DNA from: Spirochaetia bacterium
Lineage (GTDB): Bacteria > Spirochaetota > Spirochaetia > SZUA-6 > Bin103
Direction: 5' to 3'
DNA: 64,000 bases
Assembly (NCBI GenBank): GCA_965198005.1
Contig: CBDAOI010000004.1
Span: 1,856,001 to 1,920,000 of the forward strand
Position 1 is the first letter of the stretch. Each line of letters begins with the position of its first letter. Under the pieces are notes generated by a model. The model ran no database searches. It had not been told where the DNA came from and was given only the letters and a program-made list of their open reading frames with translations. Below are positions 33,425 through 43,164 of this stretch, in pieces. The translations under genes were made by a program, and so were the position numbers.

Positions 33425-34330
33425 CTACGTCTCCAGCGCCCGGGTGCGCCGGATCAGGAAGCCGGATGGGCGGTACTGGAGGAACAGCACGATCAGCGCA
33501 AACATGATCACCTTGCCCATCGAGGAGGTGGTGATGAACTCGAACAGCGGGCTGGCGGTCCCGATCAGCACGGCGCCCGCCACCGCGCCGGCGACCGAGC
33601 CCACGCCGCCGAGCACCACCACCATGAACGAGTCGATGATCCAGTTCTGGCCGGTGGACGGCCCGACCGAGCCGAGCAGGCTGACCACGCAGCCCGCCAC
33701 GCCGGCCAGCCCGCTGCCCAGGGCGAAGCTGCGCGCATCGACGCGCGCGGTGTTGATGCCCAGCGCCGCGGCCATCGAACGGTTCTGCATCACCGCCCGC
33801 ATGCTGCAGCCGGGCCGCGTACGGTTGAGAAACAGGAAGGTGCCCGCCACGCACAGCGCCGCGATGACGATGATGAACAGCCGGTTGGTGGGGAGTTGCA
33901 GCCCCTCCGCCAGATACAGGCCGCCTTGCAGCCACTCCGGGGTGCGCACCTCCACGTTGGAGGCGCCGAACACGTTGCGGGCGAGCTGCTGCAGGATCAG
34001 GCTCAGCCCCCAGGTGGCGAGGATGCTCTCGAACGGCCGGCCATACAGGAAGCGGATCAGCGAGCGCTCGGTGCCGTAGCCAAGCGCGGCGGTCACCACG
34101 AACGCCAGCACCAGCGCTACCAGGAACCAGCTTCCGCCGCCGAGCGCGTCGTGCAGGAGGCGGTCGACCACGTAGGCGGTGTACGCGCCCACCATCAGGA
34201 ACTCGCCGTGGGCGAAGTTGATCACGCCCATGATCCCGAACGTGATGCTCAGGCCGAGCGCTACCATCAACAGCACGCTGCTGATGCTCAGGCTGTTGAA
34301 CAGTTGCATTCCGACCGTGGTCAGCGTCAC
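33425..34330 (-). CDS. urtB: Urea ABC transporter permease UrtB
   Basis: FGIMGVINFAHGE, LYGRPFESILATWGLSL, DSFMVVVLGGVG. Confidence 0.92.
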   Translation of the reverse strand: MTLTTVGMQLFNSLSISSVLLMVALGLSITFGIMGVINFAHGEFLMVGAYTAYVVDRLLHDALGGGSWFLVALVLAFVVTAALGYGTERSLIRFLYGRPFESILATWGLSLILQQLARNVFGASNVEVRTPEWLQGGLYLAEGLQLPTNRLFIIVIAALCVAGTFLFLNRTRPGCSMRAVMQNRSMAAALGINTARVDARSFALGSGLAGVAGCVVSLLGSVGPSTGQNWIIDSFMVVVLGGVGSVAGAVAGAVLIGTASPLFEFITTSSMGKVIMFALIVLFLQYRPSGFLIRRTRALET

Positions 34331-34448
34331 CTGAGTCTCCTGCCTCCTGGTTACGGTCTCCGGTTACGGTGCGGCGCCGGCCATGCCGCCTGGCGCCGCC
34401 TCCCGTACCGTCAGTCGTTGCGCGAGTCGGGATCGCGGCGTTACTTCG

Positions 34449-35690
34449 CTACTTGCGCGGCCCCATCATCCCCGGCTCGATCACGTCCTCGTCGGGCGAG
34501 ATCAGCTCGGGATACGGGTCCGGCCGCACCGGCACACCGGTCGACCAGAGAATGTCGAACTGGCCGTCGGACTTGACCGACCCGATCTGGACGATCTTCC
34601 AGGTGTGGTTGTTCACCGGGTCGATCTTGACCATCCCTTCGGGGGCCGCGTACTCCACGCCGCGCAGCGCCATCCGCACCTCGGCGGTAGCCGCGGTGCC
34701 TGCCTTCCTTACCGCCTCGGCCCACAGGTAGACGCCGAAGTAGCCCGCTTCGATCGGGTCGTCGGTCACGCGGTCGGCGCCGTAGGCGGCCTTGTAGCGC
34801 TCGACGAAGCCGGCGTTGTTGGGACTGTCCATGCTCTGGAAGTAATTCCAGGCCGCCAGATGCCCTTCGATGTTCGCCGCCCCGATCCCCTTGATCTCCT
34901 CTTCGGCAACGCTGACCGACATCACCGGAATATCATCGGGACCGATGCCCGCGGCCTTGAGCTGCTTGAAGAACGCGACGTTGCTGTCGCCGTTGAGCGT
35001 GTTGAAGATCACGTCCGGGGCCGCCGCCTGGATTTTGTTGATCACGGTGGCGTATTCGGTGTGGCCGAGCGGCGTGTATTCCTCCGCCACCGTGGTGCCG
35101 CCCTCCGCCTCGAGCTGGATCTTGATGATCTTGTTGGCGGTGCGCGGGAACACGTAGTCGGAGCCGAGCAGGAAGAACCTGGTGCCCTTCTCCTGCAGCA
35201 GCCACGATACCGCCGGCATGATCTGCTGATTGGGCGCGGCGCCGGTGTAGATGATGTTCTTGGACGCCTCCAGACCCTCGTACTGCACCGGGTAGAACAG
35301 CAGGTGATCGAGACCTTCGAACACCGGCAGGACCGCCTTGCGGCTGGCCGAGGTCCAGCAGCCGAACACGACCGCGACTTCATCGCGCTCGATCAGCTTG
35401 CGCGCCTTCTCCGCGAACGTCGGCCAGTCGGACGCGCCGTCCTCGATGATCGGCACGATCTGCTTGCCGAGCAGGCCGCCCGCCTCGTTGATCTCGTTGA
35501 TGGCGAGAATCGTGGCGTCCTTCACCGCCACTTCGCTGATCGACATCGTGCCGCTCAGGGAGTGCAGGACGCCGACCTTGATCACGTCGCCCGCATCCTC
35601 GCCGTCGCCGCGCGCGAACAGCGCGAACGGGAGGAGCAGGGCGAGACCGGTTACGAGCAGTGCCCGTAGAATTCGCATGTTTGCCTCCAT
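34449..35690 (-). CDS. urtA: Urea ABC transporter substrate-binding protein UrtA
   Basis: [55 protein letters not shown]; start may be ATG at 35678. Confidence 0.95.
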   Translation of the reverse strand: MEANMRILRALLVTGLALLLPFALFARGDGEDAGDVIKVGVLHSLSGTMSISEVAVKDATILAINEINEAGGLLGKQIVPIIEDGASDWPTFAEKARKLIERDEVAVVFGCWTSASRKAVLPVFEGLDHLLFYPVQYEGLEASKNIIYTGAAPNQQIMPAVSWLLQEKGTRFFLLGSDYVFPRTANKIIKIQLEAEGGTTVAEEYTPLGHTEYATVINKIQAAAPDVIFNTLNGDSNVAFFKQLKAAGIGPDDIPVMSVSVAEEEIKGIGAANIEGHLAAWNYFQSMDSPNNAGFVERYKAAYGADRVTDDPIEAGYFGVYLWAEAVRKAGTAATAEVRMALRGVEYAAPEGMVKIDPVNNHTWKIVQIGSVKSDGQFDILWSTGVPVRPDPYPELISPDEDVIEPGMMGPRK

Positions 35691-35716
35691 ACGTTTGTTT
35701 GTTGTTGCTGCCTCTA

Positions 35717-35732
35717 AGCAAACGGCGTGCCA
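35717..35732 (-). promoter_or_regulatory. Sigma-54 (-24/-12) promoter of the urt-ure operon
   Basis: Minus strand TGGCACG-CCGT-TTGCT, an exact consensus match ~27 nt upstream of urtA. Confidence 0.85.
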
Positions 35733-35782
35733 ACCTGGTTTCGGGCGGCTCAGGCGGTTGGTCTGAAGGTGCTTGGGGAGCG

Positions 35783-35833
35783 TTCATACATTTGCGTACG
35801 ACTTCGGGGCGGCGAGCTACGAAAATGTATGAA
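35783..35833. promoter_or_regulatory. Inverted repeat, candidate upstream activator sequence
   Basis: TTCATACATTTGCGTA-N19-TACGAAAATGTATGAA (15/16 match), AT-rich, ~50-100 bp upstream of the -24 box. Confidence 0.6.
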
Positions 35834-35860
35834 TGTTTCGCGGGACAGCGACGCTCTCGG

Positions 35861-36889
35861 TCAGCGGGCGACGCGCCAGTAGCGTTCGTGCAGAGGGGTG
35901 GGGCCGGAAGGCTGGGGCGGAGCTGCCTGCACCGCGGACGGGTCGGCGCCGGCTGACTCTCGCTCCACGTCGCTGGCGGCCGGCGCGCCGGCGCAGGCGG
36001 CAAGCGCCTGTCGCAGCCGCTCGGCATCGCCGTACAACGGCCGAATCTGCGACCTGTACCGGCCGATCGCTTCGATCTTCGCCGCGAACACGGAGTCGAT
36101 GCGCACCAGCTCCGGGATGAGCGTGAACGGCAGGCGGTGGCGGCCGGTGCGCCCGCGCCGGAATCTGGTAGCGAGGAAGGCAGTGAGGAGGACTCGCCCC
36201 AGGCCCCGCGCACCGGGGCTGAACAGCGGTATCTCCGCCAGCGCCGCCGCGGTCGCGCGGGCGCGGGCCAACGGCTGCGGCGCACGCGGCCGCCGCGCGT
36301 GGGGCGGGGCGCCGGCGATGCCGAGTTGCTCCAGTCGGTGCTCCAGAAGATGGGGAACGCAGACGTAGGGGACGTCCTCATAGAGGCGCACCGCGCGGGT
36401 GGGGAAGCGCAAGCCGGCGTGGAACACCAGTTGATGATCGACGTGGTTGCCGATCGCGAGCGGGAAATACAGGGCGGCTGCGGGCCAGCGCCGGACGATG
36501 CGGTCCACCGCCACGCTCAGGGCGGCGGCCAAGTCTGCTTCGCGGCGCGGCGCCGCCGGCGCGGTGATACCCGGTAGGGAACGGTAACGCCGCCGCCGCT
36601 GGATCGCGTCCGGAAACTCCAGCCAGCGGTAGTCGGCGCCAAGTGCTTCCAGCGCACGGCGGTCCTCCTGCCGGCGCGCCGCGACCTCCCGGAACGGGGC
36701 CAGGGTGGTAGCCGCCGCCGGTTTGCGCCCGGCCTGCTCTCCCGCGAACACGGTCACCACCAGCACTGCCGCGCCGGCGGCGCGCTGGCGTGCGATGCGG
36801 CCCGCGCACGACAGCACCGCGTCGTCCAGATGGGGCGAGAAGTAGATGTGCCCATAGTCGGCAGGCGCCGGGCGCTGGTGTACGCTTAC
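35861..36889 (-). CDS. PIG-L/LmbE family N-deacetylase (start codon not identifiable)
   Basis: FSPHLDDAVLSC, RRQEDRRA, GNHVDH, YEDVPY, KIEAIGRYRSQI, ERYW. Confidence 0.85.
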   Translation of the reverse strand, partial: VSVHQRPAPADYGHIYFSPHLDDAVLSCAGRIARQRAAGAAVLVVTVFAGEQAGRKPAAATTLAPFREVAARRQEDRRALEALGADYRWLEFPDAIQRRRRYRSLPGITAPAAPRREADLAAALSVAVDRIVRRWPAAALYFPLAIGNHVDHQLVFHAGLRFPTRAVRLYEDVPYVCVPHLLEHRLEQLGIAGAPPHARRPRAPQPLARARATAAALAEIPLFSPGARGLGRVLLTAFLATRFRRGRTGRHRLPFTLIPELVRIDSVFAAKIEAIGRYRSQIRPLYGDAERLRQALAACAGAPAASDVERESAGADPSAVQAAPPQPSGPTPLHERYWRVAR

Positions 36890-36907
36890 GGGTGACGGCT
36901 CTCGGTT

Positions 36908-38179
36908 GTGCGGGTCTGCATCGTTTCCCTCGGTACCCTCGGCGACGTCTTGCCGCTGTGCGCGCTCGGCGCGGGCTTGGCGCGGGCCGGCCACCGCGTG
37001 CAGGTGGCCACCCACGGCCCCTATCGCGGTTGCGTGGAACGGCTTGGTCTGGCGCACGCACCGATGGCGATCGATCCCGCCGGCCTGTTGCAGGGCGCCG
37101 GCGGCCGTGCCTGGCTCGCCTCGCGCAACAACCCGCTGCGCTTCGTCGGCGGCCTGGCGCGCGCCGTGCGGCCGGCGATTGCGCAGCTCGCCCGCGACGC
37201 GTGGGCGGCGTGCGCCGGGGCCGACGCGGTGGTGTACAACCCGCTGGGCATGGTCGGGCACCACGTGGGCGAGAAGCTCGGGGTCCCCACCTTCCTCGCC
37301 GCCCTGCAGCCGGTCATGCCGACGCGCGCCTTTCCCAGCGTGCTGGCGCCGGCTCGGCTGCAGTTGGGCGGCCGCTACAACCGCGTCAGCCACCTGGTCA
37401 CCGAGCAGGCATTCTGGCAGCCGTGGCGGCACGAGTTCAACCGGGCGCGGCGTGACCTGCTCGGTCTGCCGCCGCTCCCGCTCGGCGGCATCGGCCCGGA
37501 GCTGCGCCGGCAGCGCACGCCGCATCTGTACGGCTTCAGCCCGGTTGTGGTGCCGCCGCCGGCCGACTGGCCCGCCTGGGCGCACGTGACCGGCTACTGG
37601 TTCCCGGCGACCGCGCAGCTCTGGGAGGTGCCGCCGGGGCTGGAGGAGTTTCTGGCCGCCGGCGATCCCCCGGTGTGCGTGGGGTTCAGCAGCCTGAGGC
37701 TGGCGGAGGCGCGGTCGTTTACCGAGGTCGTGGTCGGCGCGCTGCGCCGGGTGGGGCGGCGCGGAGTGCTGCTGGAGGGGTGGGGCGCGCTGGCCATCCC
37801 GCCGGAGCTGCGCGGCAGCGACCTGTTCGTCACCCCAGCGGTCCCGCACGAGTACCTGTTCGAACGGGTGGCCGCGGTGGTCCATCCGGGCGGCGCCGGC
37901 ACCAGCGCCGCCACCCTGCGCGCCGGGGTCCCCTCGGTGGTGCTGCCGGCGTTCTCGGACCAGTACTTCTGGTCCCGGCGGTTGTGGCGGCTGGGCGTAA
38001 CGCCGCCGCCGCTACGCTGGCGCGGCCTCACCCCGCAGCGGCTCGCCGACGCGCTCGCAACCGCTCTCTCCAGCCCTGCCGTCCGCAACGCCGCGGCCGC
38101 CGCCCGCGACCGCGTGCGCGCGGAGGATGGCGTCGCCACCGCGGTAGCCACCCTCGACCGCTACCTCGACTCCGGCTGA
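36908..38179 (+). CDS. GT1/GT28-type glycosyltransferase (sterol/lipid glucosyltransferase-like)
   Basis: GTLGDVLP, HVTGYW, PVCVGFSS, VPHEYLF, VHPGGAGT, FSDQYFW, EDGV. Confidence 0.9.
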   Translation: MRVCIVSLGTLGDVLPLCALGAGLARAGHRVQVATHGPYRGCVERLGLAHAPMAIDPAGLLQGAGGRAWLASRNNPLRFVGGLARAVRPAIAQLARDAWAACAGADAVVYNPLGMVGHHVGEKLGVPTFLAALQPVMPTRAFPSVLAPARLQLGGRYNRVSHLVTEQAFWQPWRHEFNRARRDLLGLPPLPLGGIGPELRRQRTPHLYGFSPVVVPPPADWPAWAHVTGYWFPATAQLWEVPPGLEEFLAAGDPPVCVGFSSLRLAEARSFTEVVVGALRRVGRRGVLLEGWGALAIPPELRGSDLFVTPAVPHEYLFERVAAVVHPGGAGTSAATLRAGVPSVVLPAFSDQYFWSRRLWRLGVTPPPLRWRGLTPQRLADALATALSSPAVRNAAAAARDRVRAEDGVATAVATLDRYLDSG

Positions 38180-38264
38180 AGCGGTGCGCCCGCAGTGTCG
38201 GTACGCCATCTTCCCGGCCATGCGCCCGCCGCCGCGGATGCCCGCTGGCTGCCGCTGCCGTCGC

Positions 38265-38294
38265 TTGACACAATTGCGTGACATCACGATTGTG
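38265..38294 (+). promoter_or_regulatory. TTGACA -35 element overlapped by a palindromic operator, upstream of the hicB-like gene
   Basis: TTGACA at 38265; CACAAT-TG-CGTGA-CA-TCACG-ATTGTG at 38269-38294. Confidence 0.45.
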
Positions 38295-38420
38295 CCGATA
38301 GCGGTAGGTATCCGGAAGGAGGAGTGTGCGCTATGCTCTTGCCAAGCAGTTTGGGACAGGGGTGGTCAAACGTGGCCGGCGCAGACGGGCGCGACCGCAA
38401 GGAAGAACGGTTGCCAAGTG

Positions 38421-38828
38421 ATGAGCGAGTACAGTAGACGCCTTCCAGGGTTTGTAAGGTGGCAGCGCGGTGCCGATACGCACACTTTGCATTTGCGGGT
38501 CCTGGGCTATGAGGAAGATCGTGAATGGTGTGCGTTGTGCTTGGAAATGGATCTTCGCGGATATGGCGCGACATTTGAAGATGCAATGGAAGAACTTCAT
38601 GACGCAATTGTGAACCAATTCACGTTTGCCATGCAAATGAACAAGCCTGAATTGTTGTTGTGCACCGCAGAGCAGAAGTACCATGCCATGTACGCTCGGA
38701 CTAAACGGAAAGCGCTGATTGACTACGTAACAGGTGCGCCTGAGTCAGAAACACGGCATCAGATTAGCGAGCTTCCAATTCCTTCGGCAGACGAAATACC
38801 ACGCGAAATCGTGTATGTCCAAGCCTAA
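38421..38828 (+). CDS. HicB-like antitoxin
   Basis: EWCALCLEMDLRGYGATFEDAMEELHDAI HicB-fold pattern; lower GC than flanks. Confidence 0.7.
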   Translation: MSEYSRRLPGFVRWQRGADTHTLHLRVLGYEEDREWCALCLEMDLRGYGATFEDAMEELHDAIVNQFTFAMQMNKPELLLCTAEQKYHAMYARTKRKALIDYVTGAPESETRHQISELPIPSADEIPREIVYVQA

Positions 38829-39005
38829 GAGCTTGACATGCAGAAACGTGGGAAGGGTAGCGAGAGAATGATCTACCATCCCGACGTCAATGGAATAGCA
38901 CGGTCGTACCCGTTACCTTGTCACGATGAAGCTTCTGAAGTAAAGAAAGGGCACTTGTCTGCGATCCGTAGACGGTTTAGTCTACCCTCCAATATCTTCC
39001 ACTGA
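38815..39005 (+). pseudogene. HicA-like toxin with internal deletion and frameshift
   Basis: MSKPKSLTCR then shifted frame KRGKGSERMIYHPDVNGIARSYPLPCH...KKGHLSAIRRRFSLP..F*; helix 1 missing. Confidence 0.6.
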
Positions 39006-39048
39006 TTGTTCCGGAACGCCGCGTCGACCGAACCCGGTGGCGCACCGC

Positions 39049-39816
39049 CTAGACGAGGCGGCCGGTGCGGGGGCTGCGCAGGTCCAGCTCGAGCAGCTTG
39101 AAGAACCAGCGTTCGCCGGTGAGTCGGGTCCAGAGCGAGAACGGCCGCACTTCGATCAGCTTGAAGCCGTACAGGGTCAGCACCCGGTTGGAGATATAGT
39201 CTTGATTTTCCGGCTCCGGGATCTGGCCGTGGACTCCGGCCACTCCGGCGGCGCGCAGGTGCTGGAACAGCGCGTCGCCGAGACGCACCAGGCAGATGTA
39301 GACCGCCCGCCCGCGCCCGCCGCGCAGCTCCCGGGCGACCCCGACGTGCAGATGGGCGGGGAATCGCCGCAGATCGGTCACCGGCACCTCGTGCCCGGCC
39401 CGGGTCAGCGCCCACCAGATGGTGCGGTAGCTCGCCATGCGGCGGAAACCCCCGGTGAGCGCCCGCAGCAGCAGGCGCGCCACCAGCCGCGGCCCGTAGC
39501 GGCACAGCACCGTCCGGTGGTAGCGGCGGGTGTCCTTGCAGCCGAGGATGTAGCCCACCACGCGGCCGGCGCGCTCGGCCACGAAGCACGAGTCCGGCTC
39601 GTAGCGCAGGTAGTAGTCCATGAACAGGGTCAACACGACGGCGTCGTCCTCCAGGAAGCGGCTGGTGGGACGGCCGCGGAAGCCGGAGGTGAGGATGATC
39701 CGGCGGATTGCGGCGCGGTCGCGCGGGCGGTAGCGGCGGACGCGGATGCGGGTGCCGGCCGCGGCGTCCAGGCGCCGGTCCTGTTGCCACACCCGGTCCG
39801 GGGAGCGGGGACTCAT
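39049..39816 (-). CDS. GNAT family acetyltransferase
   Basis: VRRYRPRDRAAIRRI, DYYLRYEPDSCFVAE..GRVVGYILG, FPAHLHV, GVHG, YGF. Confidence 0.8.
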   Translation of the reverse strand: MSPRSPDRVWQQDRRLDAAAGTRIRVRRYRPRDRAAIRRIILTSGFRGRPTSRFLEDDAVVLTLFMDYYLRYEPDSCFVAERAGRVVGYILGCKDTRRYHRTVLCRYGPRLVARLLLRALTGGFRRMASYRTIWWALTRAGHEVPVTDLRRFPAHLHVGVARELRGGRGRAVYICLVRLGDALFQHLRAAGVAGVHGQIPEPENQDYISNRVLTLYGFKLIEVRPFSLWTRLTGERWFFKLLELDLRSPRTGRLV

Positions 39817-39962
39817 GGCGCCGGCCAGCATACCACCGCGGCGGTTGGCGCGCGCGCCGGGCGCGGGGGGCGGGTCGGCCGCGGCGGGCGCGAGGGATGG
39901 GTCGGCTGCGCCGGGCGTCCCCGGGATGCGCGCGCGGGGTGGGGTAGCGTGGGCGGCGGCGC

Positions 39963-42392
39963 ATGCTGACCCGGCGGCGGGACGCGGCCGGTGGCGGCGG
40001 GCGGCTGTTCGAGCGGCTCAACCGGTGGGCGGCGCAGCGCGCGCTGCCGGTCGCCGTCGGGCTGGGCTTGGTGAGCGCGCTGGCGGCGGTCCAGCTCCCG
40101 TACCTGCGCGTGGAGGCGGATATCGCCGGGTTGCTGCCGCCCGACGCCGAGACCCGGCGCCTGATCGACAAGTACACCGCCGGCGTCCCCGCCACCGAGC
40201 CGTTCGTGGTCGGACTGACCGGCCCCGATCTGCTGTCGCTGGCGCAGTTGGCGCGCGTCGCCGAAATCGACCGCCGGCTGCGCGCGCTGCCGGAAGTGAC
40301 GGCCGGCCTGACGCCGTTCAACCTGCTCACCTTTCGCCGCGACCGGGGCCGCCTGCTGCTCGCACCGCTGGCTCTGGGCGCCACCGCCCCGCGCACCGAG
40401 GCCGAGCTGGCGGACTTCACGGCCGCGCTGGCGGCCGCGCCGCCCGGCAGCTCGGTCCTGTTCAATCCCGATCCCGACGAGCCGTCGCTGAGTCTGGTCT
40501 ACCTGGTCGAGAACGGGACCGACTACGGCTCCTTCCTGGGGCGCGTCCGCCCGATTCTGAGCGCCTACGACGGCGAGCTGAACGTCGCCCTGGGCGGCTG
40601 GCTGCCGGTCTACGAGGCGGCCCACCGCCTGATTGCGCGCGACCTGCCGCTGCTGGCGGGGCTGGCTGCGGTGATCACCCTGCTGGTGCTGCTGGCGAGC
40701 TTTACCGCACTGCGGGCCGTGTTGCTGCCGCTGACCGCGATTGCGCTGGCCCTGCTGTGGACCTTCGGGCTGATGGCCGCCGCCGGGGTGCCGCTCAGCA
40801 TCGCCAGCCTGATGCTGCCGCCGCTGATCTTCGCGCTCGGCGGCTCCTACAGCGCGCATCTGCTGATCCGGTATTTCAGCCACGGGCCACGCCCGGTGGA
40901 AGCGCCGTCCGGCGCGCCGGTCACCCAGGCCACGCCGGCCACGCCGGTTAGGCCGGTCACGCCGGTAACTCGCGCCGTCGGGCCGGCCGAGCTGGCGCGG
41001 GTGCTCGGGGGAGTGAGCCAGACCATTGCCCTGGCGGCGCTGACCACCGCGGCCGGCTTCGCCAGCCTGCTGCTCAGCGGTATGCCCCGCCTGCGCGAGT
41101 TCGGGCTGTTCGCCGCGCTGGCGATCCTGATCTGCGCGCTGATCACGCTGCTGCTGTACCCGGCCGTACTCGGCCGGCTGCCGCCGCCGACCGGCCGCCA
41201 GCAGCGGCGGATCGCCGCCGGATGGCTGGCCGCGCTGGTGGCCCGGCTCACGCACGCCGTGCCGCGCCGGCGCCGGTGGGTCTACGGACCGCTGCTGGTG
41301 CTCGCCGCGCTGTTCGCCTGGTCGCTGACCGGCGTCCGCTACCAGACCGACATCGCCGGCTACTTCCGCACGCCGGTGGCGGCAATCGAGGACAACCGCA
41401 CCCTGATGGGCCGCTTCGGCAGCTTCATCGACGTCAACGTCAGCGTCACCGGCCGGCTGGACGAGTCACTGCTGGTGCAACTCGCGCAGTTCGAGGAGGC
41501 GGTGCGGTCACATCCCTCCGTGAGCCACGTGTCGTCCGTCACTGCCTACCTGCGCGCGCTCAACCATGCGGTCGCCGGCGCCCGCGAACATCCGCGCAAC
41601 CCGGTGGTGGTCCAGCTCTTCCGGCGGCTGCTGCGGGTCGCCGCTGCGGCGGGCGGACCGCTCGACAGCATGGTCGACCTCGACCGCCGCTACGTGACCA
41701 CCCGCGTCTGGGTGCACGACGCCGAGCGGCGATGGTTGCCGCTCGAGCCGGAACTGCGCGCGCTGGTCCGGTTTCTGGAGCAGACCGCGGCCGACACCTT
41801 TCCGCCCGAGCGGCAGCCCGAGATCTGGGGCTGGACCCTGGTGACCCTGCGCGTCGCCGAGCTGTTGGCGCACGAGCAGATTGTCGCGGCCCTGGTCTCC
41901 GCGCTGCTGGTGCTGGCGATCGCGACGCTCGCGTTCCGCAGCCTGCGCTACGGTCTGCTGACCCTGTTGCCCCTGGCCACCGCGATCATGCTCACCTTCG
42001 TGCTGATGGTCCTGCTGCGGATCCCGCTGGACGCCCTCACCATGAGCTTCGCCGGGGTCGCGATCGGGGTCGGCGTGGACGACTCCATCCACTTCCTGCT
42101 CCATTATCGCCGCGCCGCCGGCCGCCGCCCGACTCCCGGCCACGCCAGCCGCGCGGTGGCCGCCGCCATGCGGCAGGCCGGCAGCGCCATCGTGCTCACC
42201 ACCATCGCCATCGTGACCGGCCTCACGGCGCTGGCCTTCTCCCACTTCCTGCCCGTGCTCTACCTCGGCGCGCTCATCTCCGTCACCCTGCTCGGCGCCA
42301 CCCTCGCCACCCTGCTGCTGCTCCCGGCCCTGCTCCGCCCGTCCAACCATTCAGATCCTATTCCTCAGCCAGTTCCTCAGCCAACCAAGTGA
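39963..42392 (+). CDS. MMPL/RND family transporter
   Basis: Two-repeat architecture with ~12 TM helices, LTTAAGFASL, GVGVDDSIHF, LLPALL. Confidence 0.88.
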   Translation: MLTRRRDAAGGGGRLFERLNRWAAQRALPVAVGLGLVSALAAVQLPYLRVEADIAGLLPPDAETRRLIDKYTAGVPATEPFVVGLTGPDLLSLAQLARVAEIDRRLRALPEVTAGLTPFNLLTFRRDRGRLLLAPLALGATAPRTEAELADFTAALAAAPPGSSVLFNPDPDEPSLSLVYLVENGTDYGSFLGRVRPILSAYDGELNVALGGWLPVYEAAHRLIARDLPLLAGLAAVITLLVLLASFTALRAVLLPLTAIALALLWTFGLMAAAGVPLSIASLMLPPLIFALGGSYSAHLLIRYFSHGPRPVEAPSGAPVTQATPATPVRPVTPVTRAVGPAELARVLGGVSQTIALAALTTAAGFASLLLSGMPRLREFGLFAALAILICALITLLLYPAVLGRLPPPTGRQQRRIAAGWLAALVARLTHAVPRRRRWVYGPLLVLAALFAWSLTGVRYQTDIAGYFRTPVAAIEDNRTLMGRFGSFIDVNVSVTGRLDESLLVQLAQFEEAVRSHPSVSHVSSVTAYLRALNHAVAGAREHPRNPVVVQLFRRLLRVAAAAGGPLDSMVDLDRRYVTTRVWVHDAERRWLPLEPELRALVRFLEQTAADTFPPERQPEIWGWTLVTLRVAELLAHEQIVAALVSALLVLAIATLAFRSLRYGLLTLLPLATAIMLTFVLMVLLRIPLDALTMSFAGVAIGVGVDDSIHFLLHYRRAAGRRPTPGHASRAVAAAMRQAGSAIVLTTIAIVTGLTALAFSHFLPVLYLGALISVTLLGATLATLLLLPALLRPSNHSDPIPQPVPQPTK

Positions 42393-42536
42393 CACCGCCA
42401 GAATCACATTGATGATGGCGCCAATTGTGATTACGATGCTGAAGATATCACCGGCTTGGCACGACGATGACAACGGATCACGACTGGCCGTATCCCGGCG
42501 TCGCGGGCAGCCCAGGATGAAAGAGGTAATGTCCCT

Positions 42537-42695
42537 ATGACCGGTACCCAGTACAACCACGCCCGCTTCTGGAAGTGTGCCCTGCAGGTCAATCCTCACG
42601 GCTACAGCAAGCGCTATCGCGGGCAAGACCATGGAATGAGCGCGGAAGCCTATACCGGCGCGCTGTTGGAAAAGTGTCGGCAGAACGATATCGAG
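42537..42695 (+). pseudogene. N-terminal fragment of a PHP-domain/ATPase (TrlF-like) protein
   Basis: YNHARFWKCALQVNPHGY..YRGQDHG...LLEKC..NDI, ending just before the expected DH metal motif. Confidence 0.55.
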
Positions 42696-43164
42696 GCAGC
42701 ATGGACACGCTGCACGATCTCTTTCGGCAGGTCGGCAGGCACCGATCCTCGGTTCTCTCATCGACCCGTAATCCCGCTGCGGGCACCCTGCTATCTCGCA
42801 TGACTTCGGAAATGACTTCTGGGATCCGATCGCGAGCTTCGCCCGCGCGATGACTACCCCTGGTTCTGGCGCGACGGCGAGTTCACCGGAGACCGCGTGA
42901 ACGACGTACATCTGGATATCGCCTTGAAGATCGAGCGTCGGCGACGGGCGAGCGGTCGATACTCCACTGCGCATTCCGATTTCAAAGATGCTGACCAAGC
43001 CGACCATTCATAAAGGAGAGAACGTGGAAAAGCAGCGTGTTTCGTCGTCGACGGTGATATCGATAGGGCGTAGGTCTCAAATTGACCGGTCGAGGCAGCA
43101 CGGCCGTGTGCCAGCTTGACCATGCGCGGGCGCGGGCGCATCCCGCCGGCAGGTGGCGCGGCCG

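Noticed and set aside
35861-37885. 674-aa PIG-L fusion protein
   Set aside because: The N-terminal half is the antisense of the glycosyltransferase gene
42461-42480. Possible sigma54 promoters (TGGCACG near 42455 and minus strand near 18330)
   Set aside because: No TTGC at the -12 position
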